Source: Rhodospirillaceae bacterium (GTDB lineage: Bacteria; Pseudomonadota; Alphaproteobacteria; Rhodospirillales; UBA2165). Taken from it: DNA of 64,000 nucleotides. Position numbers and translations under genes: made by a program. Where the stretch lies: positions 26,507-90,506 of the forward strand of contig JAYPHU010000012.1 in assembly GCA_038127535.1 (NCBI GenBank), read 5' to 3'. Each line of letters starts with the position of its first letter. The first letter of the stretch is position 1. Of the stretch, positions 56,426 through 64,000 are shown piece after piece. The notes under the pieces are model-generated. The model saw nothing but the letters and a program-made list of their open reading frames with translations. It searched no databases and was not told the origin of the DNA.

Positions 56426-56447
56426 ATAGTCATTTATCTATGACTAT
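56426..56447. promoter_or_regulatory. Palindromic candidate operator of the phd-vapC promoter
   Basis: ATAGTCAT-TTATCT-ATGACTAT is a perfect 8-bp inverted repeat. It lies 12-33 nt upstream of the antitoxin start, in an AT-rich context. Confidence 0.4.
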
Positions 56448-56905
56448 TTTATAATAAGGTTCGCCGATGATGACAACCCTCTTCGCGCCTCTTTCGGCGG
56501 GTGCCCCGCACCTAAAAAATGACCCCGATTCGGAAATCCTTTGTTTAAAAAATTTTAAACATCGCCATATACTCTAAGGCGAACAAACACTGGCTCTTCC
56601 GGCTAGCGCCAGCGGTGGCAGTAGAACGAACAATGGTGGTCAGACAGCGTGGACTCTCACGATTTTCCGGTATACGTTGCGCAAATGTCACACACGCCGG
56701 ATGTCTTGTGCAAAGCGACTCAGATCACTGGTTTTTCTACGGCTCCACGCTATAGTCAAAAGCTAGATTTGCTGTCTATGTTTAGGTTTCAGGGGATAGG
56801 TAAGCCCTACAGAGGCTGATCACCAAATCTAGATATTGAGTGTGTGACGAAACTTTTGTACTAGATGGCGTGCCCTTTACGCAACGGGGCCAACAAGAAT
56901 AGGGA

Positions 56906-57733
56906 ATGACTAAGGTGGTGAGACAATTATCCCGATCTTTCAGCCGATTTGCGGTGATGTTCCTCTGCCTATTCGTATTGGCGAATTGCGCCTCTGCGCC
57001 CGAGGGCGATCCGGAAGCACTGGCCGAATACCACAAAATAAATGACCCCGCGGAGCCTACCAACCGCGCCATCTATAAATTCAACGACGTCCTCGACAAG
57101 GCGGTGATTAAGCCGGTGACCGGAGTCTACCGGGCGATTTTCCCCGATCCGATTCGCGAAGCCATCCACAACTTCCTTCAGAATTTACGCACGCCAGTCA
57201 TTCTAGCCAATGACCTGCTGCAAGGGGAAATGGCGCACGCCGGCGACACAATCGCCAGGTTCGTCATTAACACCACTTTCGGCATCTTCGGCTTTATCGA
57301 TCAGGCGGAAGCCATCGGCTTTGAACCCCACGATGAAGACTTCGGCCAAACTTTGGCGGTTTGGGGCGTGGGTGAAGGCCCCTATCTCATGGTACCACTG
57401 TTCGGTCCGTCCAATCCCCGTGATCTGGTCGGAAAAGTGGTCGACTGGTTCTTCGACCCCATCAATTGGTGGGCCGCCAATACCGACAATGATTGGGTGC
57501 CGCTGACCCGTACCATCATCAGCGGCATCGATACCCGCGACCAGTTGTGGGACGCGCTGGAAGACATTGAGAAATCCTCCATTGATCCATATGCCTCGAT
57601 CCGCAGCCTGTACCGTCAACGGCGCGCCGATGAAATTCGAAACGGTGAAAGAAGTGATGCGCCCGCAGCGCCTGATCTTGGCGAAGACATGGACATGGAC
57701 GATCCCGAAGAGAACGCAGAAAAAGGTCGATAA
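56906..57733 (+). CDS. mlaA: MlaA/VacJ family outer-membrane lipoprotein
   Basis: It has a lipobox (LFVLANC), and NDPAEPTNRAIYKFNDVLDKAVIKPV..Y is the VacJ signature. Confidence 0.88.
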   Translation: MTKVVRQLSRSFSRFAVMFLCLFVLANCASAPEGDPEALAEYHKINDPAEPTNRAIYKFNDVLDKAVIKPVTGVYRAIFPDPIREAIHNFLQNLRTPVILANDLLQGEMAHAGDTIARFVINTTFGIFGFIDQAEAIGFEPHDEDFGQTLAVWGVGEGPYLMVPLFGPSNPRDLVGKVVDWFFDPINWWAANTDNDWVPLTRTIISGIDTRDQLWDALEDIEKSSIDPYASIRSLYRQRRADEIRNGERSDAPAAPDLGEDMDMDDPEENAEKGR

Positions 57734-57741
57734 GAAGTTAA

Positions 57742-58368
57742 ATGATCCCGTCTAGACGCGGCCTTCTCGCCGCATTTCTTGGACTGGCCGTCGCCGTTCT
57801 GGCCCCCGCCCAGATTAGTGCCGCCAGCGAGTATAAAGAGGGCGCCAACAATTTTGTCAGGGCGTTGGCCGCTGAGGCTGTGTCCTCCCTAACCGGTAAC
57901 AGCATCGGCGAAAACCAGCGGGAAGAGAACCTTCGGGAGATTCTCCGCAACTATTTTGACGTGAAATCGATCGCCCGGCTGGCGCTTGGCCGTTACTGGA
58001 AACGAGCGTCCAAGTCCCAACGCGCACAGTACATGACCCTGTTCGAGGACCTTATCGTTGTCACCTATTCGAACCGGTTCAAAGATTACTCCAACGAAAA
58101 GCTTCTGATCGAAAACACCATCGCCAATGAAAAATATGTCCTGGTGAAGTCTCTCGTCGACCGCGGCGCGCAACAGCCGATCCGGGTCGATTGGCGGGTC
58201 ACTTTTACGGATGGCCGCTACAAGATCATCGATGTCGTGGTCGAGGGTGTGAGCATGGTGCAGACACAGCGCTCCGAATTCAGCTCGGTGATTCGCCGCA
58301 GCGGCGGAAAGGTCGAGGGCCTGCTGACGGCGCTTCGCGACAAGACCATCAACGTCTCCCAGAACTAG
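57742..58368 (+). CDS. mlaC: MlaC / Ttg2D family periplasmic phospholipid-binding protein
   Basis: Signal peptide present. FDVKSIARLALGRYWKRAS..Q..F..LIVVTYS matches the MlaC family. Confidence 0.85.
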   Translation: MIPSRRGLLAAFLGLAVAVLAPAQISAASEYKEGANNFVRALAAEAVSSLTGNSIGENQREENLREILRNYFDVKSIARLALGRYWKRASKSQRAQYMTLFEDLIVVTYSNRFKDYSNEKLLIENTIANEKYVLVKSLVDRGAQQPIRVDWRVTFTDGRYKIIDVVVEGVSMVQTQRSEFSSVIRRSGGKVEGLLTALRDKTINVSQN

Positions 58369-58386
58369 TTTTAACTTAAAAGCTAA

Positions 58387-60069
58387 TTACCGCGTCAAAG
58401 GCTTGTACTTGATGCGGTGAGGCTGATCCGCGTCCGCGCCGCCCAGCCGGCGCTTCCGATCTTCCTCATAGTCCCCATAATTGCCCTCGAACCAGACCAC
58501 CTGGCTGTCCCCTTCAAAGGCCAGAATATGGGTGGCGATCCGGTCTAGGAACCAGCGGTCGTGGCTGACGATCACGGCGCAGCCGGGAAAGTCCAACAGG
58601 GCGATTTCCAACGCCCGCAAGGTGTCCACGTCCAAATCATTGGTCGGTTCGTCCAACAGGATGACATTGGCGCCGGATTTCATCACCTTGGCCAGATGCA
58701 CCCGGTTGCGCTCACCACCTGAAAGCTGGCCGACTTTCTTTTGCTGATCGGCGCCCCGGAAATTGAACTGGGAGACATAAGCCCGGCTTTGCATGTTGCG
58801 GTAGCCGAGATCGACCTCGTCGAGGCCCTCGGAAATTTCCTCCCACACGGACTTGTCGTCCGCCAGATCAGCGCGGGACTGATCCACATAGCCCAGCGTG
58901 ACCGTATCGCCTAGCCGGATCGACCCGCCGTCAGGAGATTCCTGGCCGTCAATCATTTTGAACAGGGTCGTCTTACCGGCACCGTTGGGACCGATAACGC
59001 CAACGATACCGCCGGGCGGCAGTTTGAAGCTGAGATTATCGATCAGCAGTTTGTCGCCGAAGGACTTAAAAAGCCCCTCTGCCTCAATCACCAGATCACC
59101 AAGCCTCGGGCCGATCGGCACCAAAATCTGTGCCGTATCGGGCGTCTTCTCCTTGGCCTGGGCCAACAATTCCTCAAACGCCGAGATCCGAGCCTTGCTC
59201 TTGGCTTGGCGCGCCCGGGGCGACTGTCGGATCCATTCGAGCTCGTCTGAGAGCGTCCGCTGGCGGGCAGCTTCCTGCTTTTCTTCCTGCGCCAGGCGTT
59301 TCTGCTTCTGTTCGAGCCAGGACGAATAATTCCCCTCGTAGGGGATGCCCCGGCCGCGATCCAGTTCCAGAATCCAGCCGGCAACATTGTCGAGGAAATA
59401 CCGGTCGTGGGTAATCGCCACGACGGTGCCTTCATAATCGTGCAGGAACCGTTCCAGCCAGGCCACCGACTCGGCATCCAGGTGGTTGGTAGGTTCGTCC
59501 AGCAGCAGCAGATCGGGCTTCTGCAGCAGCAAGCGGCAGAGCGCCACCCGGCGGCGTTCACCACCCGAGAGTTTGGTGACATCAGCGTCGCCGGGCGGAC
59601 ACCGGAGCGCATCCATGGCGATCCCGATGGTGCGTTCCAACTCCCAGCCGTTGACCGCGTCTATCTTTTCCTGCAACTCGCCCTGTTCTTCCAACAGCGC
59701 ATTCATCTCGTCGTCTTCCATGGGTTCGGCAAACTTGGCGCTGACCTCGTTGAACCGGTCGAGCAAATCCTTGATCTCGCCGACGCCCTCCATGACGTTG
59801 CCTTCGACGTCCTTCGACGGATCAAGCTCCGGCTCCTGGGGCAGATAACCTACGCTAGCGCCCTCCGCGGACCAGGCCTCGCCGTTATACTCGGTCTCGA
59901 TCCCGGCCATGATTTTCAACAGGGTCGACTTACCCGCACCGTTGACGCCCAGTACGCCGATCTTGGCGCCGGGGAGAAAGGACAGAGAGATATTCTTCAG
60001 CAGCTCACGCCCGCCCTGGAACGTTTTGTTGAGCTGCTTTATCACGTAAATGTATTGATAGGATGCCAT
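58387..60069 (-). CDS. ettA: Energy-dependent translational throttle protein EttA (ABC-F)
   Basis: 560-aa ORF starting [17 protein letters not shown], with two ABC cassettes ([18 protein letters not shown]; [18 protein letters not shown]). Confidence 0.95.
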   Translation of the reverse strand: MASYQYIYVIKQLNKTFQGGRELLKNISLSFLPGAKIGVLGVNGAGKSTLLKIMAGIETEYNGEAWSAEGASVGYLPQEPELDPSKDVEGNVMEGVGEIKDLLDRFNEVSAKFAEPMEDDEMNALLEEQGELQEKIDAVNGWELERTIGIAMDALRCPPGDADVTKLSGGERRRVALCRLLLQKPDLLLLDEPTNHLDAESVAWLERFLHDYEGTVVAITHDRYFLDNVAGWILELDRGRGIPYEGNYSSWLEQKQKRLAQEEKQEAARQRTLSDELEWIRQSPRARQAKSKARISAFEELLAQAKEKTPDTAQILVPIGPRLGDLVIEAEGLFKSFGDKLLIDNLSFKLPPGGIVGVIGPNGAGKTTLFKMIDGQESPDGGSIRLGDTVTLGYVDQSRADLADDKSVWEEISEGLDEVDLGYRNMQSRAYVSQFNFRGADQQKKVGQLSGGERNRVHLAKVMKSGANVILLDEPTNDLDVDTLRALEIALLDFPGCAVIVSHDRWFLDRIATHILAFEGDSQVVWFEGNYGDYEEDRKRRLGGADADQPHRIKYKPLTR

Positions 60070-60147
60070 CGGGAAACCGTTTGCCGTCTCTGAAAATGTT
60101 TCGCGCGTTCTTAGCCCAGGGGGCGGTCCGATGCAATGCGCCTCGGC

Positions 60148-61278
60148 CTATTTGGCGGAGGGCGGGCCGAACGCCGGGTTGGTCAGGAACGTCTCGTCGG
60201 TCAGGCTGTTCAGAGAGACAGTCAGCGCCCGCTTCTCGACAGGCGTGAGTTTAAGCTCTCTTACATAGAGGCTCTTGTGCGGGTTTCGGCGGCCATCCCC
60301 GGCAAGAGGTCCGGTCGCAATGTTCCGTCCACCGGCGGCATAAATCTCAATCACCTGGTACAGGGTCGCAGCGGAACCGCCATGGAAATAGGGCGCGGTC
60401 ACCGCTACATTGCTCAAGGACGGGGTGCGGAACCGGCCCATGTCGCCCGCTTTACCTTTCACATCATGCAATCCGGTATCTTCGGCGGGATACGCCCCGG
60501 CGGCATCCAGGTGGAAGAGCCCGATATTGTGAAACGCGACGTCCTCGAAGGGGAGGTCCGCCCGTTTGCCGCTATCGCTGAACAACGGCCACTGATGGCA
60601 TTGGAAACAATTCAGCCGCTCGCTGAAGAACAGTGCCTCCCCCTGTTTGGCCTCGGCGGTGATGGCATCGGGCTGATTGCCCTCCCGATAGCGATCATAG
60701 GCCGAATTAAACGACACCAGGGTGCGCTCGAACGCGGCGATGGCGGCTCTCATATTCTCCAATGAGACCGGCGAACTCCCGGCCGGAAACGCCGCCCGGA
60801 ACTGTGCCGGATATGCCTCGTCGGCCTGGAACATCTTTAGGATCGCGGCTTCCTTGCCGGCCAGGCCAAGCTCGACCGGATGACGGTTGAACAGCGGCGT
60901 CCGCATCTGTGTCTCCAGCCGGTCGAGGCCGGGATCGGCCCAGGTGAGCCTCGGCATGTACGCCACATTGGCCAGGGACGGCGTGTTCCGCCGGAGCGCC
61001 TCGCCAGTCGCCCCGGCCGCTCGCGCGCGCCCATCGGTGAAGGCCTTGGCTTGCTGGTGGCAGGACGCGCAGGCGTAGTCCCCGGTGGACGACAGCCGCT
61101 TTTCGTAAAACAGCCGCCGGCCCAGAGCGACTTTTGCCACGTCCATCGGATTGTCCGCGGGGACGACAGGTTTCGGCGCCCAGGCGGGCAGCGTCCATTT
61201 GTAGTCCGCAGCCGCAGGAGCCGGCACACTGAACGCGCCCAGCAGCAACGGTACTATCGCGACGAAAAACCTGATCAT
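60148..61278 (-). CDS. Di-haem cytochrome c peroxidase (CCP/MauG family)
   Basis: ORF 60148..61419 trimmed to ATG 61278 (signal peptide MIRFFVAIVPLLLGAFSVPAPAAA). It has two CxxCH motifs (CASCH, CFQCH). Confidence 0.88.
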   Translation of the reverse strand: MIRFFVAIVPLLLGAFSVPAPAAADYKWTLPAWAPKPVVPADNPMDVAKVALGRRLFYEKRLSSTGDYACASCHQQAKAFTDGRARAAGATGEALRRNTPSLANVAYMPRLTWADPGLDRLETQMRTPLFNRHPVELGLAGKEAAILKMFQADEAYPAQFRAAFPAGSSPVSLENMRAAIAAFERTLVSFNSAYDRYREGNQPDAITAEAKQGEALFFSERLNCFQCHQWPLFSDSGKRADLPFEDVAFHNIGLFHLDAAGAYPAEDTGLHDVKGKAGDMGRFRTPSLSNVAVTAPYFHGGSAATLYQVIEIYAAGGRNIATGPLAGDGRRNPHKSLYVRELKLTPVEKRALTVSLNSLTDETFLTNPAFGPPSAK

Positions 61279-61351
61279 ACACAGCGCTCCGCACAGCCCT
61301 GTCTCGGGCTGCCGGATCAGACTAACCGGCTCGTAGGAAAAAGGAAAAGCC

Positions 61352-62044
61352 TCAGGCAGCGTCCTGATCAATGGCGTAGCCGCCGCGCCGGACCGTGCGG
61401 ATGACATCCGGCTCGTCATTTTCGTTCAGCGCCTTGCGCAGCCGGCGGATGTGGACATCCACCGTGCGTTCCTCGACATAAATATCCCGGCCCCAGACCC
61501 GGTCGAGAAGCTGTTCGCGGGAGAACACCCGTGTTGGCCGTTCCATCAGCACCTGCAGCAGCCGGTACTCGGTGGGGCCCAAATGAATACTGCGGCCGTT
61601 GCGAGTCACCTTGTGTGCCGACAGGTCCATTTCAATGCCGGCATAGGAAAGGCTGGAGAGGTCAAAATTAGGCGTGGCGCGCCTGAGGATCGCCCGCGAC
61701 CGGGCAATCAATTCATTGGGCGAGAACGGCTTCACCAGATAGTCATCCGCGCCTGTATCAAGACCCAAAATACGGTCGCTTTCCTCCCCCCGGGCGGTGA
61801 GCATGAGGATCGGCGTCTGGGCGCCCTGCTCTCGCTGGCGCAGGCGGCGGCAGACTTCGATACCGGACAGTTGCGGCAGCATCCAATCCAGAATAATCAG
61901 GTCGGGCTCAATCTCTTCCGCCTGAAGCAACGCCTCTTCCCCATCCACGGCGATGGAGGTCCGGAAGCCGGCGCTTTCGAAATTGTACCGCAACACCTCG
62001 ATCAGCGGCGGTTCGTCTTCGACAATGAGAACCAGTGGCTCCAC
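61352..62044 (-). CDS. phoB: Phosphate regulon response regulator PhoB
   Basis: Receiver domain (LIVEDE..LDWMLP) plus OmpR-type winged helix (VDVHIRRLRKAL). It lies directly downstream of phoU. Confidence 0.93.
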   Translation of the reverse strand: MEPLVLIVEDEPPLIEVLRYNFESAGFRTSIAVDGEEALLQAEEIEPDLIILDWMLPQLSGIEVCRRLRQREQGAQTPILMLTARGEESDRILGLDTGADDYLVKPFSPNELIARSRAILRRATPNFDLSSLSYAGIEMDLSAHKVTRNGRSIHLGPTEYRLLQVLMERPTRVFSREQLLDRVWGRDIYVEERTVDVHIRRLRKALNENDEPDVIRTVRRGGYAIDQDAA

Positions 62045-62053
62045 GTCCGGCCC

Positions 62054-62785
62054 CTAGTCCGAGGCCGCCGGTTTGGCCGGCTCGATCGTCATGAAACTGC
62101 TACTGTCCCCCTTAGGTCGCTCTTCCTCCGGCGCCACGCCACTAACCCGGAAGATGGTTTGCTCGGCAACCGACGTAATATGGTCGCCGATGCGTTCCAC
62201 ATTCTTGGCGATGAACAGCAGATGGGTGCAGGTGGTGATGTTGCGCGGGTCTTCCATCATGTAGGTCAGAAGCTCCCGGAACAGGCTGGAGTGAAGCTGG
62301 TCCACTTCTTCGTCCCTCAACCGGACATCATGGGCCAGCTCCGCGTCCCGGGCCACATAAGCATCCAGGACGTTCTTGATCATCCCCTGGACGATCCGGG
62401 CCATGCGGGCGATGGTGCTGTCACCGCTGCCGATCCGCTCGCCTTGGGAGATGGTGATGGCCCGCTTGGCCACGTTTTTGGCGTAGTCGCCGACCCGTTC
62501 CAGATTACCGGACACTTTCAAGGCGGCAATGACCATGCGCAGATCCTCCGCCACGGGCTGACGCAAGGCCAGCAGCCTCACGGCAAAGGCATCAATATCC
62601 TGTTCCAGCGCGTCGATCTTCTTGTCGCCGGCCACCACCTTCTCGGCCAGCTCCGGGTCCCGGCGCACCAGGGCGTCGACGGCCTCCGACAGTTGGGTCT
62701 CACACAATCCGCCCATTTCAGCGATCATGTGATCAAGCTGTTCCAGGTCTTCATCGAAGGATTTGACGATATGTTCCGAGTCCAT
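62054..62785 (-). CDS. phoU: Phosphate signalling complex protein PhoU
   Basis: 243-aa ORF with duplicated PhoU repeats (ERVGDYAKNV, ERIGDHITSV). Confidence 0.93.
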   Translation of the reverse strand: MDSEHIVKSFDEDLEQLDHMIAEMGGLCETQLSEAVDALVRRDPELAEKVVAGDKKIDALEQDIDAFAVRLLALRQPVAEDLRMVIAALKVSGNLERVGDYAKNVAKRAITISQGERIGSGDSTIARMARIVQGMIKNVLDAYVARDAELAHDVRLRDEEVDQLHSSLFRELLTYMMEDPRNITTCTHLLFIAKNVERIGDHITSVAEQTIFRVSGVAPEEERPKGDSSSFMTIEPAKPAASD

Positions 62786-62827
62786 GTTCGGGGTCTCCTA
62801 AGTTAAAACGCCAGTCTAGTGTATGCG

Positions 62828-63646
62828 TTAACCAATACGCCCGGTGATATACGCTTCGGTTCGTTCGTCCTTCGGGGTCGTGAATATCTGATCCGTTTCC
62901 CCTTCTTCGACCAGGATACCCAGATGGAAGAACGCGGTCTTTTGCGACACCCGAGCCGCCTGCTGCATGGAGTGCGTGACGATGATGATGGTGAAGTTCT
63001 GCTTTAACGCGTCAATCAATTCCTCGATCTTCGCGGTGGCGATGGGATCGAGGGCAGAGCACGGCTCGTCCATCAGCACCACCTCGGGATTGACGGCGAT
63101 GGCCCGCGCGATGCAGAGACGTTGCTGCTGACCGCCGGAAAGGCCGGTTCCCGGATCGTCCAGCCGGTCCTTCACTTCCTCCCACAGGCCGGCTGACTCC
63201 AGGCTCCATTGCACCACCTCGTCCATTTCCGCTTTGGTGGACGCCATGCCATGGATCTTCGGCCCGTAGGCGATGTTCTCGTAAATGGATTTCGGGAACG
63301 GGTTGGGTTTCTGAAACACCATGCCGACGCGGGCGCGCAGTTCCACCGGGTCCACCTCCCGGTCGTAAACATCCTGGCCGTCCAGGGTGATGGTTCCTTC
63401 GACCCGGCAGCCGTCAATCGTGTCGTTCATCCGGTTGAGACAACGCAGAAACGTTGACTTGCCGCAGCCCGACGGCCCGATCAAGGAGATCACCTGATTA
63501 CCGCCGAAATCCAGATTGACGCCGTCCAAAGCCATTTTGTCGCCATAGTAGACGCTGACATCGCGCGTCGTGATCTTGGGTCCGTCGGCCATGGTGGACA
63601 ATTCTTCCCGGGAGAGTGTGTTTTGGACGTCGAGGGTATCTTTCAT
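62828..63646 (-). CDS. pstB: Phosphate ABC transporter ATP-binding protein PstB
   Basis: [33 protein letters not shown] and [13 protein letters not shown] are present. ATG 63646 overlaps the pstA stop. Confidence 0.93.
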   Translation of the reverse strand: MKDTLDVQNTLSREELSTMADGPKITTRDVSVYYGDKMALDGVNLDFGGNQVISLIGPSGCGKSTFLRCLNRMNDTIDGCRVEGTITLDGQDVYDREVDPVELRARVGMVFQKPNPFPKSIYENIAYGPKIHGMASTKAEMDEVVQWSLESAGLWEEVKDRLDDPGTGLSGGQQQRLCIARAIAVNPEVVLMDEPCSALDPIATAKIEELIDALKQNFTIIIVTHSMQQAARVSQKTAFFHLGILVEEGETDQIFTTPKDERTEAYITGRIG

Positions 63647-63647
63647 A

Positions 63648-64000
63648 TTACCAGCGCCTTTCAAAGCGTGTTCTTAGAATGATCGCGATCAGGTTCATCA
63701 GAATCAGGAACACCAACAGCACGACAATGGCGGCGGACGTTTTTTCGACAAAGGCCCGCTCCGGCGCATCCGCCCACAGATAAATCTGCACCGGCAGCAC
63801 AGTTGCGGCGTCGGTGAAGGTCTTCGGCACGTCAACAATGAAGGCCACCATGCCGATCATCAGCAGCGGCGCCGATTCACCCAGGGCCCGCGCCATGCCA
63901 ATGATGGTGCCGGTCAGCATGCCGGGCATGGCCAGGGGCAGCACGTGATGAGCGACCGTCTGCATGTGACTGGCGCCGACGCCCAGCGCCGCTTCCCGGA
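63648..64000 (-). CDS. pstA: Phosphate ABC transporter permease PstA, C-terminal part (5' end beyond the window)
   Basis: ..[20 protein letters not shown].. is the EAA-loop-like permease motif. The frame continues open to the window edge. Confidence 0.85.
   Translation of the reverse strand, partial: REAALGVGASHMQTVAHHVLPLAMPGMLTGTIIGMARALGESAPLLMIGMVAFIVDVPKTFTDAATVLPVQIYLWADAPERAFVEKTSAAIVVLLVFLILMNLIAIILRTRFERRW

Noticed and set aside
61451-62806. 451-aa plus-strand ORF covering phoB and phoU in antisense
   Set aside because: phoB and phoU are unambiguous, so the antisense frame is a GC-content artefact. The same reasoning applies to 4212..5195, 9429..10040, 42528..43424, 44471..45085 and similar shadow ORFs.
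1-64000. Reassignment of TAG/TAA to a sense codon (alternative genetic code) as the explanation for the internal stops
   Set aside because: TAG and TAA terminate many well-conserved genes at their expected C-termini here. Examples are dctM 7287-7289, oxoprolinase 10914-10916, GT41 25589-25591, dctP 5223-5225 and SCO1 20081-20083. A global code change is therefore not supported.
1-64000. CRISPR arrays, rRNA/tRNA genes, IS elements, integrases, prophage genes
   Set aside because: No direct-repeat/spacer periodicity, no tRNA cloverleaf-like segments, and no transposase, integrase or phage structural motifs were seen in any long ORF. This is by eye only and was not verified by a search tool.

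Overview
GC-rich chromosomal segment whose gene content looks alphaproteobacterial, possibly Rhodospirillales-like (inference from gene families and a GAAC-N7-GAAC SOS box). It carries about 60 protein genes densely packed on both strands. I recognised no rRNA, tRNA, CRISPR array, transposase or integrase. Left end: a catabolic cluster (Zn-ADH, CoxL-like Mo-hydroxylase subunit, amidohydrolase_2, TRAP transporter dctPQM, fused hydantoinase/oxoprolinase), a translationally coupled tandem MFS pair, and AsmA. Middle: cobD, SCO1/SenC, ycgN, Ada/Ogt-type methyltransferase, mmcB with an SOS box, yjbQ, a TPR-GT41 glycosyltransferase, receiver and pentapeptide genes, ChaC, SMP-30, a TauD-flavoprotein-Fe/S operon, Hsp20, two DMT transporters, dehydrogenases, an aminotransferase, a thiolase, an FprA-type reductase, prmA, uvrD, an S1C protease and a ClC channel. 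Right end: an orphan membrane-anchored protein plus a nucleoside 2-deoxyribosyltransferase, vapBC, mlaA/mlaC, ettA, a di-haem peroxidase and phoB-phoU-pstB-pstA. Two observations stand out. (1) A redoxin/peroxiredoxin-like gene (34832-35314) has an in-frame TGA exactly at the first Cys of its CxxC motif, followed at once by a SECIS-like hairpin, so it is a candidate UxxC selenoprotein. (2) At least five unrelated genes are interrupted by in-frame TAG/TAA codons with the reading frame otherwise preserved: 11 such stops against only 1 frameshift. These genes are a GGDEF protein, a lipoprotein, an alpha/beta hydrolase, a possible receiver-pentapeptide fusion and one remnant. TAG and TAA still terminate normal genes here, so this is not a code change. 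The pattern points to substitution-dominated pseudogenisation, a consensus artefact, or tolerated read-through, and it needs read-level and comparative checks.
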